Below are positions 46,853 through 56,230 of a DNA stretch of 61,125 bases, piece by piece. The translations under genes were made by a program, and so were the position numbers. Each line of letters starts with the position of its first letter. The stretch's first letter is position 1. Source of the DNA: an uncultured Chloroflexia bacterium (GTDB lineage Bacteria > Chloroflexota > Dehalococcoidia > SZUA-161); contig CAWHAI010000017.1 of the NCBI GenBank assembly GCA_963827295.1, positions 1-61,125 of the forward strand. Reading direction: 5' to 3'. The notes beneath the pieces are model-generated. The model ran no database searches and had not been told where the DNA came from. It saw only the letters and a program-made list of their open reading frames with translations.

Positions 46853-48216
46853 GTGCCCTTCTCGCCTCTGCTAACGCTCTCTTTACTTGCTCGGGGGCAG
46901 TTCCTCCAGGGATATCGCGCGCTGCCAGCGAGGATTCCACAGTGATTGACTTCACGTCGCCTTCGAACTTGGGGGAGAACTTTTTGTATTCACTTATGTC
47001 GAGTTCAGACAGGGTCTTCTTGTTCTCCATAGCGTGGCGCACCAGCTTGCTTACTATGGCATGGGCCTGGCGGAATGGGATGCCTTTTTTCACCAGGTAA
47101 TCGGCGATGTCTGTGGCGAGTGAATGGTTCTCCCTCTGCGGCGCTGCGCATGCGCTCTCCCTTTACATGCAAACTGGATATCATGTGGACGAAGACATCA
47201 AGCGTGGCGAGCACGGTGTCCACGGTATCGAACAGGCCTTCTTTGTCCTCCTGCAAATCGCGGTTGTAGGACAAGGACAAGCCTTTCATGGTGGTCAGGA
47301 TTGCCACGAGGTGTCCGTAGACCCTACCTGCCTTGCCCCGCGCCAGCTCTGCCACATCAGGGTTCTTCTTCTGGGGCATGATGCTGGAGCCTGTGGCGAA
47401 GGCATCGTCGATCTCGATGAAGCCGAACTCCGCTGTGGACCAGAGGACAATCTCCTCGGCCAGGCGCGAGAGGTGCATCATTGTTATACTTGCTGCTGCA
47501 TGGTACTCAATGACGAAGTCGCGGTCCGACACGGCGTCTATGCTGTTGGCGCTTACCTTGCTGAAGCCAAGCTCCTTCGCCACCACGGAGCGGTCTACAG
47601 GATATGGCACGCCGGCCAGAGCCCCGCTGCCTAGCGGCATGACATCGGTGCGCTCAAGACACTGCTGGAAGCGCTCGATGTCGCGCTGACACATCTCGAA
47701 ATAGGCCAGGAGATGGTGCGCCAGCAGCACCGGCTGCGCCCTCTGGAGATGGGTATACCCGGGCATGGCCACACCTTTATTAGCTTCGGCAAGGTCCAGA
47801 AGCGCTTTCTGAAGCGCCTTGAGCCCAGCTATCGTTTCATTAATGGCCTCTTTGGTAAACAGCCTCGTGTCCAGAGCCACCTGGTCGTTCCGGGAGCGAG
47901 CGGTGTGAAGCATGGCACCGGCATCGCCAATCTTCTCGATGAGGCGGGCCTCGATGTTCATGTGGATATCCTCGAGTTCCTCCTTGAACTTGAACTCGCC
48001 TCTCTCGATCTCCTCCCTGATGGAGATAAGCCCCATGATGATTAGCTCGGCGTCCTTTTCAGGAATGATACCCTGTTTCCACAGCATCCGAGCGTGAGCT
48101 ATGGAGCCAGCGATGTCGTGGCGATAGAGGCGCTTGTCGAAGGGCACTGAGACGGTGTAAGCCTTCGCCAGCTTATTGAGCTCTTTATCGAAGCGACCGC
48201 GTAATTGCTCACTCAT
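46839..48216 (-). CDS. argH: argininosuccinate lyase (1 frame break near 47110)
   Basis: ..[10 protein letters not shown].., [12 protein letters not shown]. The C-terminal 84 aa ([17 protein letters not shown]..) are in the adjacent frame. Confidence 0.9.
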
Positions 48217-48251
48217 TTATGTGCAGTCTTTCAAGATATGATACAGAGATC

Positions 48252-49487
48252 TCAAACGAATTCGCTCTCCCCGATTTTCCTCAGGCTTTTTTCTAGCCTC
48301 CTCTGCACCTGGGCCTGCGTCTTCACCGGCAGGCCGAATATCTGGATGAAGCCCAACGAGGCGCTCTGGTCGAACTTGTCCTCTTTGTCGTAGGTGGCAA
48401 GGTGGTAGCTGTAGAGCGACTTGGGCGACTTGCGCCCGACGACGGTCGCCTTCCCTTTGAATAGCTTCACCCTGACGGCGCCATCTACATGTTTCTGCGT
48501 GCTCTTGACATAAGCTGTGAGGTCATCGTGCATCGCCGAGAACCAGAGGCCGTTGTACACGAGATCGGCATACTCTTGAGCTACCCGCGCCTTAAAGCGA
48601 AGCTGGTCCTTGGACAGCGTCATCTGCTCGAGGGCGAGATGGGCCGCAAGCAGCACCGTTGCAGCCGGAGCCTCGTAAACCTCTCTCGACTTTATACCCA
48701 CCAGGCGGTTCTCCAGGTGGTCTACCCTGCCCACGCCGTTCTCCCCGGCGATGGTGTTCAACTTCTCCACCAACTCCACGCCCCCCATGCTCTTTCCATC
48801 GAGGCTTATGGGTATGCCCTGCTGGAAGCCTATCTCAACGTACTGTGGCTTATTTGGCGCCTTCTGCGGCGATTTTGTCCAGGTGAACACCTCCTCGGGA
48901 GGCTCGGCCCAGGGGTCCTCCAGTATGCCGCATTCGATGCTTTTACCCCAGAGGTTCTCGTCTATAGAATAAGGGCTCTTCACAGTGACCGGTACCGGAA
49001 TGCCAGAGCGGTGCGCGTACTGGATGGTTTCCTCTCTGGTGAAGCCCCACTCGCGCGCTGGCGCTATTACGTCAAGTTGGGGGGCCAGGGCGAGAACTGT
49101 TACATCGAACCTGACCTGGTCGTTGCCCTTGCCAGTGCAGCCGTGGGCTACCGCTGTCGCCTTCTCTTTGAGAGCGACCTCTACCATGAGCTTGGCTATG
49201 AGAGGGCGCGCCAGGGCGGTGGCCAGGGTGTATTGCCCCTCATATATGGCATCAGCCTGGAGGGAGGGGAAAACGTAGTCGTTGATGAACTTATCCTTGG
49301 CATCCACCACCAACGCTTTATGAGCTCCTACCTTGAGCGCCTTCTTGCGAATCCCCTCGTAATCCTTCTCTGCGCCCAAGTCTATGCTCATGGCAATTAC
49401 ATTCATCTTGTACTTCTCAGCAATCCACTTGATGGCGACTGAGGTGTCGAGTCCACCGCTATATGCCAGTACTACCTTGTCCTTCAA
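48252..49487 (-). CDS. argG: argininosuccinate synthase
   Basis: Intact 411 aa. VVLAYSGGLDTS, AHGCTGKGNDQVRF. Confidence 0.93.
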   Translation of the reverse strand: MKDKVVLAYSGGLDTSVAIKWIAEKYKMNVIAMSIDLGAEKDYEGIRKKALKVGAHKALVVDAKDKFINDYVFPSLQADAIYEGQYTLATALARPLIAKLMVEVALKEKATAVAHGCTGKGNDQVRFDVTVLALAPQLDVIAPAREWGFTREETIQYAHRSGIPVPVTVKSPYSIDENLWGKSIECGILEDPWAEPPEEVFTWTKSPQKAPNKPQYVEIGFQQGIPISLDGKSMGGVELVEKLNTIAGENGVGRVDHLENRLVGIKSREVYEAPAATVLLAAHLALEQMTLSKDQLRFKARVAQEYADLVYNGLWFSAMHDDLTAYVKSTQKHVDGAVRVKLFKGKATVVGRKSPKSLYSYHLATYDKEDKFDQSASLGFIQIFGLPVKTQAQVQRRLEKSLRKIGESEFV

Positions 49488-49570
49488 TGTTTTTCCTCTC
49501 TTTCCCTTTTTGCCTGAATGATAGGCGAGGTTGCCTCACTCCTGCATTTTGCGATTACTTCTGGGGTATG

Positions 49571-50752
49571 CTACACCTTCGCCAGGACTTTTTCCAATAT
49601 GCCTATCACTGCATCTATGTCTTTTTTAGCTATGGTCAACGGCGGCATGAAGCGAATAGCGTTTGGCTTCACCGGATTGAGCAGGAGCCCGCGCTCCATG
49701 CAGGACTTCAGCACTTTGTCAGTGAGGTCGCTATCGAACTGAATGGCTGCCAGGAGCCCGCGACCCCGTACATCTACGATGAAATCGTACTTAGATTTCA
49801 ATTTATTGAGCTTGGCTATCAGGTAAGCCCCGTTCTTTTTTACTTTACTTGGTATATCATTTTCTATGATAAAGTTCAAGGTGGCATAGCCCGCAGCGCA
49901 GGCCAAGGGATTGCCACCGAATGTGGAGCCGTGATCACCTGGCGTGAAGACTGACACCTCCTCTTTAGCCAGGAACGCCCCTATGGGAACGCCGCCGCCC
50001 AGCCCCTTGGCCAAGGTGATGATATCGGGCTCGATGTTGAACTGCTCGTAGCCAAATAGGGTGCCGATACGCCCTATCCCTGTCTGTACTTCGTCGAGTA
50101 TGAGGAGAATCCCCTTCTCGTCGCACCAAGCACGCACCGCTTTGAGGTAACCGTCGTTGGGAATGTTCACCCCGCCTTCGCCCTGTATCGGCTCCAGCAT
50201 CACGGCACAGGTCTGGGAAGTTGCCGCCTTTTTGATAGCGCTGATATTGTTGTATTCCACATTGACGAAGCCATCTGGAATCGGTGTGTAAGGCTCCTGG
50301 AATTTGCGCTGCCCGGTAGCGGCGGTCATTGCCAGCGTGCGCCCGTGAAAGGAGTTGATAGCGGTAATCACCTTGTAGGCGCCGTCCAGATGAAGCTTGC
50401 CGTAGCGGCGCGCCAGCTTCACCGCGCCCTCGTTAGCCTCGGCGCCGCTGTTGCAGAAGAAGGCCCTGTCAAAGCAGCTATTCTCCACAAGCAGCTCAGC
50501 GAGTTGTAACTGGGGCACGGTGTAGAACTGGTTCGATGTCTGGAGCAGGGCCTTCGCTTGCTCGGCGATGGCGCTAACCACCTCGGGATGGCAGTGCCCC
50601 AGGCTGTTCACACCCCAGCCTGCGGTGAAGTCCAGGTACTCCTTCCCATTATCATCCCATACCCGTACCCCCTTGCCCTTGACCAGGGTTACGGGCATGC
50701 GTTTGATTGTGGACATTAAGTACTTTTTTTCCAGTTTCTGCCAATCAGTCAT
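49571..50752 (-). CDS. argD: acetylornithine aminotransferase (class III PLP)
   Basis: ..FCNSGAEANEGA.., LILDEVQTGIGRIG, TLAKGLGGG. The ATG at 50752 avoids the upstream repeat. Confidence 0.9.
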   Translation of the reverse strand: MTDWQKLEKKYLMSTIKRMPVTLVKGKGVRVWDDNGKEYLDFTAGWGVNSLGHCHPEVVSAIAEQAKALLQTSNQFYTVPQLQLAELLVENSCFDRAFFCNSGAEANEGAVKLARRYGKLHLDGAYKVITAINSFHGRTLAMTAATGQRKFQEPYTPIPDGFVNVEYNNISAIKKAATSQTCAVMLEPIQGEGGVNIPNDGYLKAVRAWCDEKGILLILDEVQTGIGRIGTLFGYEQFNIEPDIITLAKGLGGGVPIGAFLAKEEVSVFTPGDHGSTFGGNPLACAAGYATLNFIIENDIPSKVKKNGAYLIAKLNKLKSKYDFIVDVRGRGLLAAIQFDSDLTDKVLKSCMERGLLLNPVKPNAIRFMPPLTIAKKDIDAVIGILEKVLAKV

Positions 50753-50760
50753 TGTTTCTA

Positions 50761-50855
50761 TCAACCCCCTAAATCCCCCAGTCTTGGGGGATTTGGAAAA
50801 CTTGGGGGACACCCCCAGTCCCCCGACAGAGGGGCTTAGCCCCTCTGCACTCCCC
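50761..50855 (+). repeat. triple-hairpin repeat (family A, copy 6)
   Basis: tcaaccccctaaatcccccagtcttggggga..cttgggggacacccccag..cagaggggcttagcccctctgcactcccc. Lies between the argB stop and the argD start. Confidence 0.85.
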
Positions 50856-50876
50856 AGTTATTTGGAAACTGAATGC

Positions 50877-51701
50877 TTAAGTTGCTTCTATTCTTGTGCC
50901 TATCGCGTCTCCCTTTATGGCGGAGAGCAATGCTCCGGCGGAGCGTCCGTCAATTATTTGAGTTGAGGGAACCTTCGAGAGGGCGTTGAGACACGCCTCC
51001 ACCTTGGGTATCATCCCTCCTGAGATAACCCCGGAAGCTATCATCTCTTTTGCTTCAGCGGCGGCCAGCCTCGGCATAAACCTCCCTACGCTGTCCTGGA
51101 CTCCCGGGACATCGGTGAGGAAGATGAGCCTCTCCGCCTTGAGTGCCCCTGCGATCTCGCTGGCAACTGCATCTCCATTTATGTTAAGAAGTTTCACGGG
51201 GTCGCTATCTCCGCCTGCTACCCTGAATCCGCCAGGAGCGATCACAGGGATATATCCTGCGCTGAGAACGGCTTTAATCGGCTCGGTATTGACTTTTACC
51301 ACCTCGCCCACATAGCCAAGCTCGGGGTTTTCTACCTTTGCTTGGATCAGCCCGCCGTCTATGCCGCTGAGTCCGATAGCCTTGCCACCCCTGGACAAGA
51401 TTGCGGCTACAAGCTCCTTGTTGACCAGCCCGGCGAGCGCAGCGACGACTACCTCAAGAGTTGCAGCATCGGTCACCCTCATGCCGCGCACGAAGGTGGT
51501 GGAAATTCCCATTTTCTTGAGCCACTCGGTTATCTTGTTGCCGCCGCCGTGAACCACCACGGGAATTAAGCCCTTTTTCTGGAGGGACACCAGGTCATCG
51601 AGCGTGGTGTCGTGGTTGCCCAGCGTCGAGCCGCCTATTTTAATTACAATGGGTTTGACTGAACTGCGCTTGCGTTGCATATACATATACCTTTTTGACA
51701 C
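50877..51701 (-). CDS. argB: acetylglutamate kinase
   Basis: IVIKIGGS..VVHGGG..NINGD... The true start may be an internal Met (MQRKRSS..). Confidence 0.9.
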   Translation of the reverse strand: MSKRYMYMQRKRSSVKPIVIKIGGSTLGNHDTTLDDLVSLQKKGLIPVVVHGGGNKITEWLKKMGISTTFVRGMRVTDAATLEVVVAALAGLVNKELVAAILSRGGKAIGLSGIDGGLIQAKVENPELGYVGEVVKVNTEPIKAVLSAGYIPVIAPGGFRVAGGDSDPVKLLNINGDAVASEIAGALKAERLIFLTDVPGVQDSVGRFMPRLAAAEAKEMIASGVISGGMIPKVEACLNALSKVPSTQIIDGRSAGALLSAIKGDAIGTRIEAT

Positions 51702-51767
51702 CTAATCATAACACAAAATTGAATACCAATGTTATCACAGATACTCAAGTGCGTCTAGTCTCCATTA

Positions 51768-51852
51768 TCAACCCTTTTGCCACCCCAAGCTGGGGGGAAT
51801 TTAATATTTGGGGGACACACCCAAGCCCCCGGCAGGAGGAATTCTGCATCTC
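51768..51852 (+). repeat. triple-hairpin repeat (family A, copy 7, diverged)
   Basis: tcaacccttttgccaccccaagctgggggg..tttgggggacacacccaag..ggcaggaggaattctgc. Upstream of argB. Confidence 0.65.
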
Positions 51853-51908
51853 TTTGTTGCAGTTTTGTCTTAAAAGTGCCATCATGTTTTAGGAGGCGTT
51901 AATCGTAA

Positions 51909-52703
51909 ATGGAGATTCCGTTTTCCCGATGGCATGCTGCTATCCCACTGAGGAGGGCACGGCGCAGATACAATTCCACTGCGCTGGAGCCGGGCTTATT
52001 AGCGCAGCTACAGACGATTTGCGGGGAATTCAGACCTTTCTCCGGAGCTCGCGCTGAGCTGATAACCCGTTCGCCTGATGAAATACTAAGGGGTATTGTC
52101 GGCTCTTACGGCAAGGTCAAAGGTGCTCCGGCACTTATCGCTTTCATCGGCGATACGAACGATATTTATGTCAACGAGAAGGTTGGCTATGTGGGGGAAG
52201 GCATCATACTCGAGGCCACAGCTATGGGGCTGGGCACCTGCTGGGTAGGCGGGTCTCTGTTTTTCCGCCGGGGGGTTGCTGAATCCATCGTCGGCGCTGG
52301 CAAAAACGAGAGGGTATTTGCCGTAACGCCGGTTGGCTATGCCGAGAAGGACTTCTCTCTGGGGGAGAGGACGCAGACGGGCTTCGGGATGTTCCACCAG
52401 CGCAAACCCTTGTTGGAGCTGGTCTCTGGCTTGGATGAGAAAGAGTGGCCGGATTGGATGAAATCGGCGCTGGAGGCGGCGAGGCTGGCACCTTCGGCTA
52501 TCAACAGGCAACCCTGGCGCTTCTACGCGGAGCCGAATAGTATAACTGTCTCTGTGGACAGTTCTTTGGTGGAATGGGGCATATCCAAGCGTCTGGATTG
52601 TGGGATCGCCATGCTGCATATTGAGGTGGCTGCACTGGATAGCGGCGTGAAAGGCAAATGGGAGTTTATGGAAGCCCCGAAGGTAGCGAGATTCACAGTT
52701 TAA
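51909..52703 (+). CDS. nitroreductase family protein
   Basis: 264 aa. ..LAPSAINRQPWRF.. and ..GLGTCWVGG.. Confidence 0.75.
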   Translation: MEIPFSRWHAAIPLRRARRRYNSTALEPGLLAQLQTICGEFRPFSGARAELITRSPDEILRGIVGSYGKVKGAPALIAFIGDTNDIYVNEKVGYVGEGIILEATAMGLGTCWVGGSLFFRRGVAESIVGAGKNERVFAVTPVGYAEKDFSLGERTQTGFGMFHQRKPLLELVSGLDEKEWPDWMKSALEAARLAPSAINRQPWRFYAEPNSITVSVDSSLVEWGISKRLDCGIAMLHIEVAALDSGVKGKWEFMEAPKVARFTV

Positions 52704-52806
52704 CATAATGTAGATGCAGTTCGTGCTAACTGCCCAAGAGAGTTTGATACCCTTGCCATTAGATGCTAGAATTTGACGGGAAATACAACCTGCTCAAGGA
52801 GGAAAA

Positions 52807-53076
52807 ATGCCGATACCAAGAGAACAATTCAATGAAGGGCTTGACGACACCAGTTACAGAGTAATCGAATTCCTCAAGGCACACTCCAAGGAGGCATTTG
52901 AGGTCGGTGAGGTGGCTGAGGCGGTATTCGGCTCGGCATCGGCTGCAAAGCAATCTCCCGAGGTGCTCGCTAAATCGAAGAGGATGGAGTTCTATCTGGC
53001 AGACCTGGTACAAAAGGGGCAGGTGGAAAGAAAGGACATAGGTGGCAAGTCATATTATGCCTACCATCAGGGATAA
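52807..53076 (+). CDS. small winged-helix-like protein, hypothetical
   Basis: 89 aa with an AAGGAGG SD. ..YRVIEFLK..FEVGEVAEAV...LADLVQKGQVERK. Confidence 0.45.
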   Translation: MPIPREQFNEGLDDTSYRVIEFLKAHSKEAFEVGEVAEAVFGSASAAKQSPEVLAKSKRMEFYLADLVQKGQVERKDIGGKSYYAYHQG

Positions 53077-53081
53077 AGCTG

Positions 53082-53552
53082 TTGAGAACTGCATTGGGAA
53101 GTCCAGCATTCTTGCTCTATGAGGATACCCCCAAAATGGACATGTGGCTCAAGCTGATGCTGGGGGTCATCCCGCTTGCATTTGCAGTGGGCGGTATCGT
53201 ACTCCTTTTTGAAGATACAGGGGATGCTTTGGTTATGTTCGGGATGGCAATCTTCTATCCTTTATTGTTCAAGCTGATTATGCCACAGCGGTATCAGGTA
53301 TATAGCGACAGGATGAGAATAGTTCTGGGTGGGCCTTTTGCCTGGAATATACCTTTCTCCACGATAAGAGAGGCGCGGGCATCTTCGGGTTCGAAGGCCT
53401 TTGCGTACAACGGTGTTCGTTTCGCTACCTCCTCCAAGGGCGTGGTGGAGATAACCCGCAGCAGGGGTTGTAGCGTAGTTATATCCCCATCTAACAAGGA
53501 CATTTTCCTGGAGCAGCTTCATCGGGCGATGCAAAGGCAAACTGCAGGATGA
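53082..53552 (+). CDS. membrane protein, hypothetical
   Basis: Two N-terminal TM helices and a PH-like soluble part. Start uncertain (internal ATG at about 53136). Confidence 0.45.
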   Translation: MRTALGSPAFLLYEDTPKMDMWLKLMLGVIPLAFAVGGIVLLFEDTGDALVMFGMAIFYPLLFKLIMPQRYQVYSDRMRIVLGGPFAWNIPFSTIREARASSGSKAFAYNGVRFATSSKGVVEITRSRGCSVVISPSNKDIFLEQLHRAMQRQTAG

Positions 53553-53645
53553 AAAGTGCAAAATAGGGGGGCACGACTACCGTGTCCATGGTTTCCAGGG
53601 GTGATGTACAGGGGTTGAAAAATAACTAATTTGAGGAGATTCACT

Positions 53646-53936
53646 ATGGAAGAGAATGAATTCAAGAAGAAATGGGAAGATTGGTACGCAGACCTTTTAA
53701 GCGGGCATCAATGGCTTGAACTCGATTACAAAGGCAGGAGAATCCTCTATGTGTGTGGCAGATTTTCAATGAGCGATGATGGCAGCAGGTTGGCATCGAC
53801 CTTCACCCAGGTAATAGGATACTTAGATTCAGACCAGCCGCTAAACGAAGAGGAACAGAAGGAGATAAAGGCGCTTTTCTGTCGCCAGCAGGGTGTGGAG
53901 AACGTAAGCTTCTGGTCACATAACATTGGCCCCTAA
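53646..53936 (+). CDS. hypothetical protein
   Basis: MEENEFKKKWEDWY.. with a GAGGAG SD. Confidence 0.45.
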   Translation: MEENEFKKKWEDWYADLLSGHQWLELDYKGRRILYVCGRFSMSDDGSRLASTFTQVIGYLDSDQPLNEEEQKEIKALFCRQQGVENVSFWSHNIGP

Positions 53937-53941
53937 CCTGT

Positions 53942-54190
53942 TCAGTTGATTTGTAGCCGTCTCTCTTTATGTTGAGTTGTTTTGATTAAGAGGGCAGCAA
54001 CATCCTCTCGTCTGAACCTTCTATCGCCGCGGGGGCCAATGCGGTATGCAGTTATTATCCCTTGCTGACTCCATCGTCTCAGTGTGTTGCTATGTATGCA
54101 GAGAATCCGGCAAGCCTCCGCGGTCTTGAGCATGGGGCTTGGGGTGGCCTCGTTCTCATGGCCGTATTTCTTCCCTCTAGCTGTGGCCAT
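53942..54190 (-). CDS. excisionase-family / MerR-like helix-turn-helix DNA-binding protein
   Basis: ..LKTAEACRILCIHSNTLRRWSQQGIITAYRIGPRGDRRFRREDV.. GGAGGAACGAGG SD before the ATG at 54190. Confidence 0.6.
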   Translation of the reverse strand: MATARGKKYGHENEATPSPMLKTAEACRILCIHSNTLRRWSQQGIITAYRIGPRGDRRFRREDVAALLIKTTQHKERRLQIN

Positions 54191-54400
54191 TATTCCTCGT
54201 TCCTCCGATTGCTCCTGAGCCTGGAGACTACTAATCGATGATTCCTCGAGACATGGAGACATGCCGTTTGATATCAAACTCATTATAGAATGAGTGAATC
54301 TGCTTGTATGCGACGTTTGTCTCATTCTGAAGCTACAGCGGCTAAGCAAAACATTAGAGGTGATCCGCAACCTGCCGCCCCACTGGTATAAGACCCAAGG

Positions 54401-55003
54401 TTAATTGGGTGATTGTTTCAAAGGCGTGTAACGAAATATTATCGCATAATGGTAGGGGCCAACTTCAACACTTGTCTTCTTCTTGAAGCCATAGCCAGCG
54501 ATTAGGGCCTCGACTTCATCCGGGGTCATTCTTATTGACACGGGAGGCCCTGGTGTGCCCTCGACTTTCTTGAAATCCACCACAGCGAGCGTACCGCCAG
54601 ATTTCATAACTCTTGCTACCTCGGTCATAGTGCTCCCGACTTCTTTGTTAGCGAGGAAACCGTGCAGTACGTTTGCCATAAGACATACATCTACGATGGC
54701 ATGGGTAAGCGGTATCTCCTTTGTTACGTCGGCTATGATTGCTTCGATGTTATCGATGTTATCCCGATGGATTTGCTCTCTCAACGCTAGTATAGATTGC
54801 TCATAAGTATCAATGGCATAAACCTTGCCTTTGCTACCAACGATCTTTGAAGCGGCAATGGAGAAATACCCCTCCCCACATCCAATATCCAGGAAATTAT
54901 CGCCGATTTTCAGGCCAGTCTCTTTGAGGACCTGTTCGGCATTGAGAAACGCTTTGCTGGACTTGCCAGCGTGCTGATGCCCTTGATGGGAATTATCTGC
55001 CAT
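54401..55003 (-). CDS. class I SAM-dependent methyltransferase
   Basis: FLDIGCGEGYFS (motif I), ..KVYAIDT.., ..MKSGGTLAVVDF. Its ATG overlaps the end of the upstream nitroreductase. Confidence 0.8.
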   Translation of the reverse strand: MADNSHQGHQHAGKSSKAFLNAEQVLKETGLKIGDNFLDIGCGEGYFSIAASKIVGSKGKVYAIDTYEQSILALREQIHRDNIDNIEAIIADVTKEIPLTHAIVDVCLMANVLHGFLANKEVGSTMTEVARVMKSGGTLAVVDFKKVEGTPGPPVSIRMTPDEVEALIAGYGFKKKTSVEVGPYHYAIIFRYTPLKQSPN

Positions 55004-55516
55004 TTTTCTGCTCGAATCGGTTATAGCTGAATATCTGCTCCAGGCTCTTCCTGCCTCTGGCGGACGGCTCCTCGGCAGGATAGCCCAGAGGAGTGAGGGC
55101 GACAACGCGTATGTTCTCAGGGGCACCCAGCGCTTCCTTTACCTTGGCCTCGTTAAACCCCACTACCCAGCATGTGCCCAGGCCGCGGTCCACCGCGGCC
55201 AGCACCACGTGTTCCAGGGCTATGCCTATATCCACGAGATAGTAATACTGGTCTTCTCTAAAACCTGACTGTGCAGGGTCAGCGCAGGCCACTATCATCG
55301 CCGGACCTCTGGCAGACCATCTAAATCCAGCTTCGCCTATCTTCCCCTTGACTTCGGGGTCGGTAACTACGACGAAGTGCCAGCACTGGGTATTAGCCCA
55401 TGAAGGAGCGCTAGCCTGGCAGCTTCGAGAATGTATTTAATCTCATCCTCCGGTACAGGGTCGGGCTTGTATTTCCTGATGCTTCTCCTGTTTCTGATGA
55501 CGTCCATGAGCTCCAT
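54993..55516 (-). CDS. nitroreductase family protein (1 frame break near 55410)
   Basis: MELMDVIRNRRSIRKYKPDPVPEDEIKYILEAARLA, then PSWANTQCWHFVVV..GLGTCWVVGF. Confidence 0.75.
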
Positions 55517-55675
55517 GTCAGCACCTCTCCTTTCAGGGTCCCCGACTCCGCGTCGAGTTACCGCTTAGGGAAAGTATAACACCTTGCTTATTAAGGCTCT
55601 AGTGGGCTGAGTTTTCGCAGGGGTTGGTGACAGGCGAGGATTATATGGATTGGAGAGTTCAAGCGATGAACAAAA

Positions 55676-55744
55676 TTACGTAGTATACTCGCTATTTATG
55701 GTAACATATTCCGCGGAGAGGTCGCAGCCCCAGGCGGTGGCTGT
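55676..55744 (-). pseudogene. displaced duplicate of the argJ 3' end
   Basis: The minus strand reads TATAWGCDLSAEYVTINSEYTT*. 58/62 nt are identical to 56238-56299. Confidence 0.75.
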
Positions 55745-55755
55745 TTTTAGGCCCC

Positions 55756-55983
55756 TCAAAGCAATTCCAGAAATTCTTCGACTGTGAGGCCTGCGTCTTC
55801 GATTATGCCATGGAGGGTTCCTTTGGGCAGGTCTTTGGTGTGCATTGGTATCGTTACTAGGTTAGGGGTGCCTTCTTTGTGCATGGAGACGTGACTGCCT
55901 TTTTGACGGTGAACACGCCAGCCGACTTTCTCTAAGGCTCTGATAGCGTCTTTAGGTTTAACGGCTGGCAGTTTTCTGCTCAT
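55756..55983 (-). CDS. hicA: type II toxin HicA (mRNA interferase)
   Basis: 75 aa. ..IRALEKVGWRVHRQKGSHVSM.. is typical of the HicA/YcfA fold. Overlaps the hicB stop. Confidence 0.85.
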   Translation of the reverse strand: MSRKLPAVKPKDAIRALEKVGWRVHRQKGSHVSMHKEGTPNLVTIPMHTKDLPKGTLHGIIEDAGLTVEEFLELL

Positions 55984-56207
55984 TTGGTTTGTATGCTGAT
56001 AAGTTCTCTTTCAGGTATCTTAATGCCTAGCTCTTTAGCGCTCTCCAGCCACAGTTCTATGGCCTCTTTGATTTTCTCCAGGGCTTCCTCTTTGGTCTCG
56101 CCATAGGAATGGCAACCCTTCAATACAGGGCAAAACACATGGTATCCGCCCTCTTTTTCAGGCTCCAGAATGACTTCGAAGTTCTGCACGGTTTTTCTCT
56201 GTTTCAT
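55980..56207 (-). CDS. hicB: type II antitoxin HicB (UPF0150)
   Basis: 75 aa. ..EGGYHVFCPVLKGCHSYGETKEEALEKIKEAIELWLE.. Confidence 0.85.
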   Translation of the reverse strand: MKQRKTVQNFEVILEPEKEGGYHVFCPVLKGCHSYGETKEEALEKIKEAIELWLESAKELGIKIPERELISIQTK

Positions 56208-56230
56208 ACCTTTCGTCTCACGCCTCCCCC

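Noticed and set aside
40119-48216. Interpreting the split argS, rpe and argH (and other fragmented core genes) as genuine pseudogenes or programmed frameshifts.
   Set aside because: Too many essential genes are affected at once. The breaks are single-step frame shifts, often at homopolymers. No slippery-site or pseudoknot pattern is evident. Sequencing indels are the simpler explanation.
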